Shown piece after piece: positions 1-13,869 of a stretch of DNA of 58,394 bases; position 1 is the stretch's first letter; each line of letters starts with the position of its first letter. The stretch is from NCBI RefSeq assembly GCF_001194135.2, contig NC_068990.1, positions 68,484,054 to 68,542,447 on the forward strand. The letters are read 5' to 3'. The translations under genes and the position numbers were made by a program. Origin of the DNA: Octopus bimaculoides. Its lineage: Eukaryota. The notes under the pieces were generated by a model that saw nothing but the letters and a program-made list of their open reading frames with translations, was not told where the DNA came from and made no database searches.

Positions 1-2254
1 AAGTGCATTTTCAAACCTTCTTTCATATATATTTCCACTCGTACGGTATTCCACAACTTTACTTTATTATATATATATATATATATCATACATTGTAATT
101 TCAAACATCTACAAAGATGATTTATTGATGCACACTGTTCTTTATATCCTCCCTAGTGAGACTGATGCATTGTTCCACATTATTCATTCCCTTGGATTTA
201 ATTTTAATGCATGTATCGAAACATATGTTGTTGATATGGTGATATAAATGATTTAAATACATCTTGAGAGCGTTTGTCTCCATTTTCCTTTATTCTTATA
301 TATATATATGTGTGTGGGTGGTGGGCTTTCGTGTGTGTGTATGTATGTGTGTGTATGTATGTATTAGTCTGAAAGAGACCCACGTAATGCTATCTTCGAA
401 GAAGAAGAGCAAAATAAAGAAATGAATCTATATCATAGTATGAGCTGTGTTTATATCATCATCTATCCGTCCAGCAGCATTAACCTCAAATGAAAATGGT
501 TTTCAACTAATTTATTTGGAGAAATGAAATAAAACGACGTTGGATAGACTGAATTTATTTATTGAATTCCTATATCCAACACAAAGTAAAATATGATTAC
601 GGTTTAATTTCGGGCAAAAGTTTATTTTTCTTTGAGCGTCATCGAAAAAATCTTCATGAGTATTTGACTCTCAAATGCAACAGTAGACAGACAGAACAAA
701 GGAAAGGATAAGGATGGGGAGAAAGGATGAGGAGAATAGATAAGGATGAGGATAAGAAAGAGAGAAGTAATGAAAATGACTGCAGATTTACTAAAACACA
801 TTCTATTAGTAAAACAATTCTACAGTAAACCTGTTTTAATTTATTGAATGTATTTCCTTCTACCACTTGGCACTTCTTATTTTTGGGCAGGATAAACTAT
901 TTTCCAAAAATATTTGGCCAGTAAAACGGACAACCTTGCCTCTACAAGGTAAACATAGTCTCTTCTACTTAACTATTTGTTGATGTACAATTGTGAAAAA
1001 GAAACGTCTTGAAAACAATAATCCTCACGAATGAAATAATTCAGTGAAGCTTATCATTTGTCACTTTCCTTATGTATGAAGAAGTTTTGACTAGGATATT
1101 TCACTGAAATAATTACGCTAATATTATAGACAAAAATATTATTTAAATGTAAATTCATTTTGACATTCGTCGTCTGCCACAAATATTACTAATATGCACA
1201 TTCATATAAAAAAAAATCTGAGAGCTCCTTGTTATTATTCAACTTGCTAGAAATAGCAATTAAGTCTACTTCAAATCAGCCAGAGAGACTCGTCATAATA
1301 ATGTAAACAAAACCTTGACTACGAACGATATTTATGAAGTCATCAAAGTAAATGTTAAATATTGTACATTGTGTATATGCCGAGTTTGCTGAATGTAATT
1401 AAAATATTTATAAAATAAACGTTAGCATTTAAACTGTATTGAAAGATTATGCATTACGCCAACGCTGAGAGACGACAACTTAATTTTCAGTAATTTACCA
1501 AACGAAAAATCGCCTAATATATCATCTATTTTTCTAAAAATGAAAATAGAGCTAAAGTTAATAACTATCTCATTCTTTCAAAGACTCTTTGTATTTAAAC
1601 AAAATATATTTGATACTAACGAAGTCATTTTTTAAATGGACAAACAATTTAAATTTTATAATTTTGCTATCTTGCTGTCAGTAAAGCGACGGATATCAAA
1701 CAAGTAATAATAATTATCTAAACCATATTAGTAGACACATTAACATAGAAACGACTACGAGATACCACATCGAGCAAAACAAAGCCGGTATGTATTTGAT
1801 CAACCAGCTAAATATAGCATGTAAGCCACAACTCACTGATTTGAGAAAAGAAATAACAACACGTTAGCTACTGTAGTACTAGAAATACCATGTCTAGAAA
1901 ACAAAAGGCAGGATTACCACAGCTGGTATTTCTTTGATTCTAGGTCTGCTTGTACATATACAGGCTGGGATTAAACAACAGCAACACAACCGTAAGAGGA
2001 GCAAAGCTTGCAACAATGAATACCAATAAAAATCCCAAACATAACATGGAATTTAAACTACCAACAATAGTATCTACAAGAAGCTGCATAAAAGCTGGTG
2101 TTTGAAGCAAAAAATTGCTGTTAGATATCCTAATTATTTTCGCTACTGCTTTCCGCAGCATGTTAGAATAAATGGCGGAGAGAAGTTCTTACCTTGAGGA
2201 AAGAATATTGAAAGAGAAAACAAAAGCTCAGGAGAAAAGAGACTTTGCATTTTG

Positions 2255-2295
<41 letters not shown>

Positions 2296-2662
2296 NNNNN
2301 NNNNNNNNNNNNNNNNNNNNNNNNNNNNNNNNNNNNNNNNNNNNNNNNNNNNNNNNNNNNNNNNNNNNNNNNNNNNNNNNNNNNNNNNNNNNNNNNNNNN
2401 NNNNNNNNNNNNNNNNNNNNNNNNNNNNNNNNNNNNNNNNNNNNNNNNNNNNNNNNNNNNNNNNNNNNNNNNNNNNNNNNNNNNNNNNNNNNNNNNNNNN
2501 NNNNNNNNNNNNNNNNNNNNNNNNNNNNNNNNNNNNNNNNNNNNNNNNNNNNNNNNNNNNNNNNNNNNNNNNNNNNNNNNNNNNNNNNNNNNNNNNNNNN
2601 NNNNNNNNNNNNNNNNNNNNNNNNNNNNNNNNNNNNNNNNNNNNNNNNNNNNATATATAAAT

Positions 2663-2705
<43 letters not shown>

Positions 2706-4355
2706 CATGTATTTATATATATATATATGTATATATTGAATATATAAAATATATACATATATATAGGGAGAGCGAGAGAGAGGGGGAGAGCGAGAGAGAG
2801 GGGGGAGAGCGAGCTGTGCATATATCTATAAATGTATGTGTATGTAAGAGTATGTGTCAATTTATACATATATCAGCATATGTGTGTCTTTATGGATATG
2901 TTAAGCATATGTGTGTATGTTTGCATATACGTATATTATGCACATCCACTCACATCCATCTAGAAAATAACAATGACGAAATTTAAGTTGAATTGACAAG
3001 GTGTATTAAAGATTTTAATTCTTTCATCAGTTTATTATCCCTAGCACTCATTCTGTAACTGACAATACCTGAAGAGTCATTAACTTGCGAACATGTAGAC
3101 ACATTTGCAAATATGTTTATGCAAGAAGTCTTATATAAGTTACGTACATTAAGGCGTATAAAACAGTTTACAATTGTGAATTTGTACGCCTGCAACACAC
3201 ATATATAAGAATGAATATGTATATCTGTAAGTGCTTTTAAGATGTTGCGTCAATATTCATTTGTATGCAGTTTCGCTTAGAAAATCATTTTAAAATTTGT
3301 GTTATACGTCTTATTCCCATTAGAGTGGCATTAGAAATAATAATTGTATCTACAGTTAAATTCATGTGAGTATATAGCTTATATGAAATTTGAAATTTTC
3401 ACTTGGAGTACTCTGAATAAATGCATTTATATATATATATATATATATATATTTATGATATATATATATGTATATATATGATATATATATAACATATATA
3501 TGCACATAGATATATAATATATATGCACACATTATATATAATATACATGCACATATATATAATATATATCTATATAATATATTATATATACATGTATGTA
3601 TTATGTATGCATGTATGCATGTATGTACACACACGCACGCACACACACATATATTTATACATATACGTCTATAATATATAGATAATAAATGATATACATA
3701 TATTTATATATAGAGTATATTATTGTATTTTATTACGTGTGTGCATTTAGCAAGGAAACATAAAGCAGTGAAAGACAATCCAGAAGACTATATATATATA
3801 TATTAGGTGGGGGGGGCTGAAAAGTAAAGTTACATTTCGTGTGATTTGTTCAAGTCACCATAAAGACTATCATACATATATTTTCTCGCTCAGATTATGA
3901 TAGTCATCGTCAGGAATAACAACTTCTATGAATCCACGGACAAACAAAAAAGAATCACGTTCTTTAGAAGGCAAAGATACTTTGAGTGCCTTTTCGACAT
4001 CGCCCCCGCTCCTAATAATTTTCTACTGAAGTATTCAAATGACCTGCATAAATGGAAATCTGATGGTGTTGGATTTGACGAGTAAAGAATGTAAGGTAAG
4101 ATAGAGCTTCATAGCCTGATGAATTTATCTTTCTAGAGTTATTTTGTTGAACGCACTGTTTTATTTTCCCTTCTCTATACACTTCCTTTTCTGCTTGATA
4201 TGTTCTTGCACATTAGATCAATGGATATTAAACATCCGAACAAGTTTCCGATATGTTGACACGGATACTCTCTCTTCAATTGCTGTTTTCCCTGCGTCAC
4301 TATACAAAACAGATGATCTTCCTGATCGATACACTCTAAAAGATCAAAATTACCT

Positions 4356-4641
4356 CTTTTGAATTTGTTAAACCTCTTTTGGTATTTCCGAACTCATGCT
4401 GTTAGGATATATAGCTTATAAGTTTTTCCATGCACGTGTTGTATTGTTGCCCTTGCCAGATTCGTAAAGCATGCAATTCTGAATATGCATTTTTCTAAAA
4501 TCCTCGTCTTCCATGGGCTATCAGATAGAGTGTGTCAATGCACAGAATGTGTCCGCACAAACTAATAATCATTGATTAGCTGATTGCAAGGAAACATTTT
4601 ATTGGTTTCCAAACAATTTTTCGGCGTGACGTCAGACTAAA
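4356..4641. repeat. Unclassified ~285-bp repeat, copy 1 (inverted partner of 6636-6920)
   Basis: Manual alignment to the reverse complement of 6636-6920 gives about 90% identity. The inner end abuts (CA)n. Confidence 0.92.
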
Positions 4642-4673
4642 TACACACGTGCACATACACACACACGCGTGCG

Positions 4674-4714
<41 letters not shown>

Positions 4715-4986
4715 NNNNNNNNNNNNNNNNNNNNNNNNNNNNNNNNNNNNNNNNNNNNNNNNNNNNNNNNNNNNNNNNNNNNNNNNNNNNNNNNNNNNNN
4801 NNNNNNNNNNNNNNNNNNNNNNNNNNNNNNNNNNNNNNNNNNNNNNNNNNNNNNNNNNNNNNNNNNNNNNNNNNNNNNNNNNNNNNNNNNNNNNNNNNNN
4901 NNNNNNNNNNNNNNNNNNNNNNNNNNNNNNNNNNNNNNNNNNNNNNNNNNNNNNNNNNNNNNNNNNNNNNNNNNNNNNNNNNNNNN

Positions 4987-5028
<42 letters not shown>

Positions 5029-6579
5029 ATAGTATCTCTCAAAACTAGACATAATATTTAAGAATTGTCCAAAGTTAATTAGGTTACTTATGAAGAAAAG
5101 CAAACTATAGGAAAGTAAGCGATCGCCACAGACTATGAATTCACAAACACTTTCCATTTCACAAGAATGAAGGACAACCCAAAATAACGAGACTGAAATA
5201 TAAGAAATTCACAGTAGAGAATAATATGTGCATTCCTATCATCAGCTGCCCAGGCCGATATCATTATGGTTTCGACACCTGGACAGTGCCATTCATCCGG
5301 TGGTGTCCACATCATTGAAAATATAAATTCTGTCCAGGAATCTTCCAGCTTATTACTACAAATTATAGTTAGCAAATAGCGATAACTTATAGCTACAAAG
5401 TAGTATTTGTAACAACGAGCTAACACCAAAATGGACATACAGACAATAAACAAACATAGGCAACTAAATATTTTGTTTTTTAATCAAAATCACATCATAG
5501 ACATCACGATTACTGGAACAGCACATCTCGAAATCAACGTCCTCGAACAACGTACAAGAAAAAGAAACAGCTTAAAACAATATCTATGAAATAAGTTAAG
5601 TAACATAAAATAAAACTACTTTCGAAAAGTAAAACTAAAATGAATAAAAATAAAATTAGGTAAATAGAATTTGAAATTATAAGAAAATCATACATATAAT
5701 ATAAATATATAAAATGCGTAATCGTACATCTGTAATTAAAACAAATAATAAAAAAACACTTGTTAACTACAAAGAGACAAAATAATCCATTATAAATAAT
5801 CGGCCAATGAGCTTGTTACTTGTGAAGAAGTCAAATTACACTTAATTAAAGAATAAATACATATGTACTTTAAACGATAAACGTAGAATATTCTCAGAAG
5901 AAAATTATTACGGAAATAAGGAAACTTATAGCGAAACCTCACGTGTTGCAGAGAAATTAACAGAAACATACTTTCGTCTGAACCCTACGCAGTCAAACAC
6001 TAAAAGATCGATATCTGTCAAGAGGCGGAAGTCAACTACACAACGGATGTGATGCTGTACATCATAGCGAATGACAACTACTCGGTGGAAGTGACGTTGT
6101 ATACACAACCGTGAATGACAGCCAGACTGTAATAAAATAATCCGAAACAGTGAAATCAACAGTCCTCGCCTTTCCAGGTTCAACTGTAAATTCGAGATCT
6201 TTCCAAACTCTATCAAAACCTCGCTGTATTAACCTAATCAACAATTAAAACATTGAACCAACATTTTACTGCTGTAGCCTTGCTTTTCCTTGTACACCTT
6301 TCACATATTAATCCCACCCCAAAACATTCCAACTTTATTTATAATTCTTCTATATCTAATGACTTGGCTGCAAAAAAAAACAAACAAAAAAAAAACGTTC
6401 TACTCCTTCCAAAGAGGAATTCTGCTATCCGCCCAAGGCAGCCATGTAATTAAAACTATCAGTCTTATAAAAACTAATTATTATCACTTCCAAATAGTTA
6501 ACTTCTTTTACTGAGTCACCATTTCTATTTGCTTTGAGATCCACTGGATATATTTTCCCCACCAAATACTCAAAATATC

Positions 6580-6635
<56 letters not shown>

Positions 6636-6636
<1 letters not shown>

Positions 6637-6920
6637 TTAGTCTGACGTCACGCCGAAAAATTGTTTAGAAACCAATAAAATGTTTCCTTGCAATCAACGA
6701 ATCAATAGCTACAAGTTTAGGCGGACACGTACTGTGCATTGATATGCTCTATCTGATAGCTCATGGTAGACGAGGATTTTAGAAAGCTGCATATTCAGAA
6801 TTGCATGCTTTACGAATCTGGCAAGGGTAACAATACAACACGTGCATGGAAAAACTTATAAACTGTATATCTTAACAGCATGAGTTCGGAAATACCAAAG
6901 TGGTTTAACAAATTCAAAAG
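6636..6920. repeat. Unclassified ~285-bp repeat, copy 2 (inverted)
   Basis: TTTAGTCTGACGTCACGCCG...AAATTCAAAAG is the reverse complement of 4356-4641. Preceded by (TG)n. Confidence 0.92.
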
Positions 6921-7930
6921 TCTGCGTGTGTGTGTGTGTGTGTGTGTGTCTGAGTGTGTGCGCGTGCGTGCACGTGTGTGCAAGTGTGTATGTATGTATT
7001 CTAATTAAGTATCTGCACGAATGTGTAGTTCGAAATTAAGTAAGCAAAAAATTGTTCAACACAAATTAAATGCTTTCGCTTTCTTTCATCATGGGATCAG
7101 GAGACTGGTGTTACTCTCACCAGGTAGTATATTCTACAAAAACATTTAATATAAAAGAAACCTGTTTAAAATTGTATAAAAGCTACAAAATGGAAAAGGC
7201 GAAAAACACGACGCAATCAAAGGGAGTGGCTAATATACTGGATCAGATGTATTTGCTTTGAGTGCGAAGTACAGTTAAAAACTGTAGAACTTCAAAACGT
7301 TCTGATTTGATCAGTCATGGAGTTGATCGTAACGATGAATCAGAGAATGAATTATATGATTGGTTCTGGTAGGTGGCGAGTCATGATCCAATAAACAAAG
7401 GGTGAATTACGAGATAGGATTTCTGAACGTATGATACGTGAGGATACATAAGACAGACAGCAAATGATATGGATTGATTGCTGAGATGTTTGATGCATCA
7501 TGCGACATTCCAAATAACCGGGAGCAATTAATATAAACAAAGAGACCAAATTGGAGATAGTCATTAAATATATTCTGGTTAGAAGTACCTTGAAATATAG
7601 AGGAAAATTATTCTAGCCTTGAAGCAGCAGTTCCACTGTCACCAAATGATGAGTAAAATAGACAACTTAAACAGGTGCACACACTTCAACAGAATAAAAT
7701 TCTATTCCTTCATGGCCAAATCTGTTCTCCTAAAGCTAGTTTTAGAAAGAACTGTATACCAATGACTGATCAGAGAATCAAAATTATATGAAAGCCTTTA
7801 AATAAAGATGAGTAAAACACATTCGACTCTTCAATGTGATATGTCACGCTGATAATAAATATAACGAAACATGAACAAATCACAAAAACACTGGTCTAAG
7901 CATTGAATCTCTCTAAAACGTACGTTCTAG

Positions 7931-8028
7931 CTTTTATCAATGAATATTGCAATGATGCACTAATATTGAAGAATTTTAAAGAGTTGTATCAGACAAATGA
8001 GCGGCACAGACCTGACAACAGTGTAAAG
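7931..8028 (+). CDS. Candidate internal exon (phase 1 to 0): FINEYCNDALILKNFKELYQTNERHRPDNSVK
   Basis: Bounded by ttctag| and AAG|gtaaaa with an open frame. No homology recognised. Confidence 0.25.
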
Positions 8029-9586
8029 GTAAAATTCTTTAGTTTGAAATATTCATTTCAATTTCAACAGCTCAACAAACAGCATTAAGCATTTTTCAGT
8101 ATAGAACAAACATTTAACCAACGACCATTCATAGCACAAAATATTAAACAAAAAATACATTTAGCTACAACTACATGATAAACCTAGTAGTATATTTATA
8201 CCGCTGCTACTCTGAGATTGCACTAATAATCAAAACAAACTTTTTGAAAAGGTTTTACCTTGCATAATAAGCCGTATATTACGTCGATGCATTCACAACC
8301 ACCACCAATAACTCCGTGCCTAAGTGATATATCGAGATAACTGAAAACGATTTAAGTTCAGATCTAACCAACACAGCCACTTCTCCAGAAACATTGAAAA
8401 GCGTACACATGAGTTTATTCAAATATGTGTGTGTGCGGGCATTCGTGCGCGCGCGCGTGCGTGCGCGTATGTGTGTGTGTGTGTGTGTGTGTATGTGCAC
8501 ATAGCTTAATTTTTGAAGTGCCGACGAAGTTATTAGGTGATGTACAAACACTCAAATATGAGTGCATTGCATTTTATAGCAGAAACAGCTGTAAGTTAAT
8601 GAAGTTCATTGCATGATATTTTGTTCCCTTGTCATTTGTATAATCTACTATCTAAGTATATATATATATATATATATATATATNNNNNNNNNNNNNNNNN
8701 NNNNNNNNNNNNNNNNNNNNNNNNNNNNNNNNNNNNNNNNNNNNNNNNNNNNNNNNNNNNNNNNNNNNNNNNNNNNNNNNNNNNNNNNNNNNNNNNNNNN
8801 NNNNNNNNNNNNNNNNNNNNNNNNNNNNNNNNNNNNNNNNNNNNNNNNNNNNNNNNNNNNNGTGTGTGTGTGTGTGTGCAAAAAGAAAACACTGTTGAAT
8901 ATATCTTAACGATTTCCCTGCAGAGAGGCTGGTTCAAACAGTATGAACGGAATCGTTCCAACAGAAACTGTGTCTTGCTCTTCATCACTTGATATAAATC
9001 CTAATATGAATGTGTGCATGTGAGTGCGCGTATGTGCGTGCGTGTGTGTGAGTATATATACACATATATATATATATACTCACACACGTGCATATCCATA
9101 TATAAGTGCGTTATGTTAGCGCATGTGTATATTTGCGTGTGTCTGTATTCAGTGATGTAGGAATGTTTGTAAGTTGTTTGTTATCTAATGCATTCATATA
9201 CACCACAATAATCGCAAAAACAACAATGATAGAGCATATTTACAATAAAGTTCACAGTCCTTCACATTAGCATATACACAACTCACACATACAGCACATA
9301 TAGCGATTGTGACACACACACACACACACACATGGCACACATAGACACTATCATGCTGCCACACTGTCACACACGCACAAACACGTACACAAGAATCGAT
9401 ATAGCTTCGAAGCACAATACACATATGCATATGAGGAATTTGACAATCGAAACTCTAGAAGTAATTCTTAAATTTGCCCATTGATAAAATTAGAAAAAAA
9501 AACTATATACACATGCAAACACAAAATTACACGCAGAGATATTCATACACACAGAAATACGTGCGCACACACACACATATCTGCAC

Positions 9587-9587
<1 letters not shown>

Positions 9588-9675
<88 letters not shown>
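9588..9675. repeat. Long perfect (CA)n microsatellite
   Basis: About 44 units. Many further CA/TG and TA tracts occur throughout the window. Confidence 0.97.
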
Positions 9676-9678
<3 letters not shown>

Positions 9679-10358
9679 CACATATATATACATAAACGCG
9701 CGCATATATATATATACACTCGGATGAACAGACAAATCCCCGTAGAAAATATTATAACGAACAAAGCAAGAATTTGTTTAAAAAGCTATAATTGTAATAA
9801 GCAACCTTTCAAATCCAGGAATTAAGACGATTCAACAAATCGTACTCTCCATGCATATTAAAATCGTTTTCAAATTTTCTAAAATACAGAATAGATGTAT
9901 CTATACACCATGGTTAGTTCAGAGAAATTAATTTAATAGCATTTTGTCTGTAATTTTCAATTTTGGAGTTTGTTTAATTTTGTTTTCTTTCTTACATTTT
10001 GTAATTTCTCGCTTTCTCGCCAAATAATGATAATTTATTTCCAAATGACGCGAAATAATGCTGTAAGTATGAATAGGTGTATGTATGTATGTATGTATGT
10101 ATGTTTGTACGTATGTATGTATCTATATATGTTCGTATGAATGTATGTACTGTTTGTATAAACGTATATATGTCTGAGTATCTGTATGTATATNNNNNNN
10201 NNNNNNNNNNNNNNNNNNNNNNNNNNNNNNNNNNNNNNNNNNNNNNNNNNNNNNNNNNNNNNNNNNNNNNNNNNNNNNNNNNNNNNNNNNNNNNNNNNNN
10301 NNNNNNNNNNNNNNNNNNNNNNNNNNNNNNNNNNNNNNNNNNNNNNNNNNNNNNNNNN

Positions 10359-10391
<33 letters not shown>

Positions 10392-11127
10392 GTACCTATA
10401 TAATATCGTTATAATGTCATATGTTGAAAAATATTCTGCATTATTATGTATATTCATACACAACCAATCACAGACTCAGACAATCACACACATATGCACA
10501 CACACACACACGCACACACACACATACACACACGCACGCACCGACATACACATGCATATGGTCATATGCTAATGTAATCTTTTAAGGAAATCTACATACA
10601 CATGCATAAAATATTTAGCCTACCTTTAATATAAATAAAGATTCATGTCATCCTTATTGGAAATATAATCTCCAATTGAATGCATTTTCGTAATTGTTAA
10701 ATATGCAGCCGTAGCATAATTTGAGCAAATGATTTCACTACATTCTCAAAGAATTTATAAAAGGAATCTGCTGAATGCGATATATTACTTAGGAAAGACT
10801 ACAATTTGTGTCCGTAGTCTATTTATCTCTCTGTCTATTCAGCCACATACGTGCGTTCGTGCGTTCGTGCACGCGTGTGTCTGTGCGTCTGTGCGTCTCT
10901 ATGAGCGTGTTCTCGAGTCTTTGACGTTTATGTTTGGCCATGCATCTGTACATGAGTGCATAAGCTTGATCAAGATATTTTTTAAAGACAACTGGCAGGT
11001 ACCAGTGAATGCAAGCCTCCAATTTCCATGTCATCGATATTTGTCCAAGGAAAATGCTACTGTTTTAGACCGATACATCTTCGCACCAAATATTTTCAAA
11101 GTTGTTGCACTGTGTTCAAATAGCAAG

Positions 11128-11342
11128 TTAGCGAGCCGGCAGGAACGTTAGCACGCCGGGGAAAATGCTTAGCGGTATTTCGTCTGCCGTTATATTCTGA
11201 GTTAAAATTCCGCCGAGGTCGACTTTACCTTTCATTCTTTCGGGGGTCGATAAATTAAGTACCAGTTGCGTACTGGGCTGGATCTAATCGACTGGCCCCC
11301 TCCCCCAAAATTTCGGGTCTTGCGCCTAGAGTAGAAAAGAAC
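11128..11342 (+). mobile_element. tRNA-derived SINE family A (GGCGGCGAGCTGGCAGAA head), full length
   Basis: A-box-like head, GTTNAAATTCC B box, body GTCGAC-TTT-CCTTTCAT..GTCGATAAATTAAGTACCAG, tail CCCCAAAATTTC..GTAGAAA. Confidence 0.88.
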
Positions 11343-11854
11343 GTGCTGAAATAGTACTCTTGAATTCAAAGAGTAGGAAAAGACATCCATTACACGGCAT
11401 CTTTTCACATCTAGTAACAATTTTTAGCAATACCCTACCTATAATAGATACTTTTATATCCAACTTTGAAAGGCGAAATTGACCTGGTGTCATACACAAA
11501 ATTCACCTTTCTTACTGAGAGCACTGCTATCCTACGATTGTCTTTAAAAGAGGTTAATTACAACCAACCAAGCATCGAATTATATTATCAAAGGAACCTT
11601 TCAGAATCAATATTTGTGAAAATAATCTGTTTGAGGCAATTTGAAAAGCAATGTGTTAAATATTTTAGCATTGCTAAAACACTGATCTGCTGAATGGGTA
11701 AACTCCAGATTGAGTCAATGAAGACAAGTTTTTCCTTAACTTCTCGGGTTCATAAGGCAGGGTACCCGGTTTTCATAGTGTACACCAGTGACTGAAATCT
11801 GGACGTTCTTCCTGAACGGGATGCAGGATTCAAGGACAGCAACTTTTGAGGGTA

Positions 11855-12282
11855 GGAGACAAGTCGATTACATCGAACCCAGTACCTGATTGAATCTTCA
11901 TTTTATCAACCTCGAAGATATGAAAGGCAAAGTTGATTTCAACGGGATTTGAATTCAGAACCTAAAACAATCGGAAGAACTGCCGCTAAGCATTTTGTCC
12001 GACAGGCTAACGATTCTTATCTCTTTATGGCCCACAAGGGGCTAAACATAGAGGGGACAAACAAGGACAGACAAAGGGATTAAATCGATTACATCGACCC
12101 CAGTGCGTAACTGGTACTTAATTTATCGACCCCGAAAGGATGAAAGGCAAAGTCGACCGCGGCGGAATTTGAACTCAGAACGTAACAGCAGACAAAATAC
12201 CGGTGAGCATTTCGTCCGGCGTGCTAACGTTTCTGCCAGCTCGCCGCAACAGGCTAACCATTCTGCCAACTTATCACCTTAA
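11855..12282 (-). mobile_element. Nested SINE-A in SINE-A: younger copy 12018-12248 inside an older copy
   Basis: The inner copy is flanked by ACAGGCTAACGATTCT (12002-12017) and ACAGGCTAACCATTCT (12249-12264). The older copy's head resumes after the second repeat. Confidence 0.85.
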
Positions 12283-12816
12283 TGAAAACTTTGGATGTAC
12301 TAGATTTCATGTGAAAGCATACAGCTTCCCTCTAACAAATTTTAGTCACAAGTCTGATTGATTTGAGGCTGAAGTAGACGACATTCGCCCACTTGGCTAC
12401 GTACAGTGGGACCGAACCCGAGAGCAGATGATTGCGAAGCGAACCTTTTAATTGTATGTTTATATGTGACAGCGGGAGAGATGATGAGGTTATGTGTGCA
12501 TATGTATGAATAGACACAAGTATTTTCACATAGTCATGTATTCATGTGTACATATAAACGAATGGCTGCACATATACACTCATATTCGTCTTCGTATATT
12601 CAACTACTGCTTAGACTGTAGAATTATTAACATCCGACACCAGCTCGAGTTCAATATTAAGTATTAACGCATTCATCTGGAAACTCCACTGACCACCGCC
12701 ATAATTTTTCATCTACATTCTACCATTGGTTTCCAGCCATTCTTTCTTCTTTATATTTCTCCGTATCTGTAAGTCTATTGCATTCACAAAGCCAAAGTAT
12801 ATATAACCACAAACAT

Positions 12817-12863
<47 letters not shown>

Positions 12864-13082
12864 CGTGAATATGTATGAATATATACGTACATAACTATGT
12901 ACACACACATACAGGCGTACATATATATATATATGTGTATGTGTGTATGTGTTTGTGTGTGTGTGTGTGTGTCTGTGTGTGTGTGTGTGTGCGTATGAAT
13001 ATATTTGCTTATTTGTTGTGTATATGAATGCATCTATATTTTTGTGTGAATATACAACCGCACAAAAGTGCACACATACACG

Positions 13083-13118
<36 letters not shown>

Positions 13119-13744
13119 CATACGTGAGCGTATTTCTATCTCCATACATACGTATATAATTTTACATGCATATTCACATATACGTTGCACATGATTGTTT
13201 GTTGAGATTCTACATAAAAACATTTTTTTAATCACACTTTATACAAAGTTTCCATTCCGAACAACTTTAGCTTCTTTGTCGTCTTCTTTTTGACTTTCCT
13301 TTTCATTATATTGTCTATATACTTCAATTCAATTAGTTCCTATTTTCAGCATTAGTCACTAGCAACAGCACCACCACCACCACCACCACACAAATCAAAC
13401 ACACACTCTTCCCACACTTTTGCACCTCTTCGCTTCCCTTTTACTTCTCTCCCTCTACCTCTCGTTCACATACACACGCACTAACATTGTTGCTTGCTTG
13501 GTTTCTGCAGCCTCTCGCCAAAATCTTAGCCTATCTTCATTGAACTACTTTCGTACTTTTGGCCAAATACAGGCCGCCATGACTGACACTGGTTGGCAAG
13601 TGGCCACAAAATTTTCAAGAGAAACGCTGTAATAGATATGAATCGATCTCAGTACTTTCCTGGTACTTATGTGATCGACCCCGGACGTGAGGACAGTGGG
13701 GTGAAATAAGGACAGTAGCTGCATTAGTGGACTTTGAAATAATC

Positions 13745-13757
13745 AACTACTACTACA

Positions 13758-13840
<83 letters not shown>

Positions 13841-13848
13841 TAATAAAG
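13745..13848. repeat. Compound trinucleotide microsatellite (CTA)n(TAA)n
   Basis: Directly visible; forms the 5' flank of the Dong element. Confidence 0.97.
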
Positions 13849-13869
13849 TCAGCCACTTGTTATTCATGG

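Noticed and set aside
3897-4095. ORF MIVIVRNNNF... and the donor AAG|gtaag at 4095
   Set aside because: The frame from the best acceptor stops before the donor, and readings on both strands are equally plausible with no recognisable motif.
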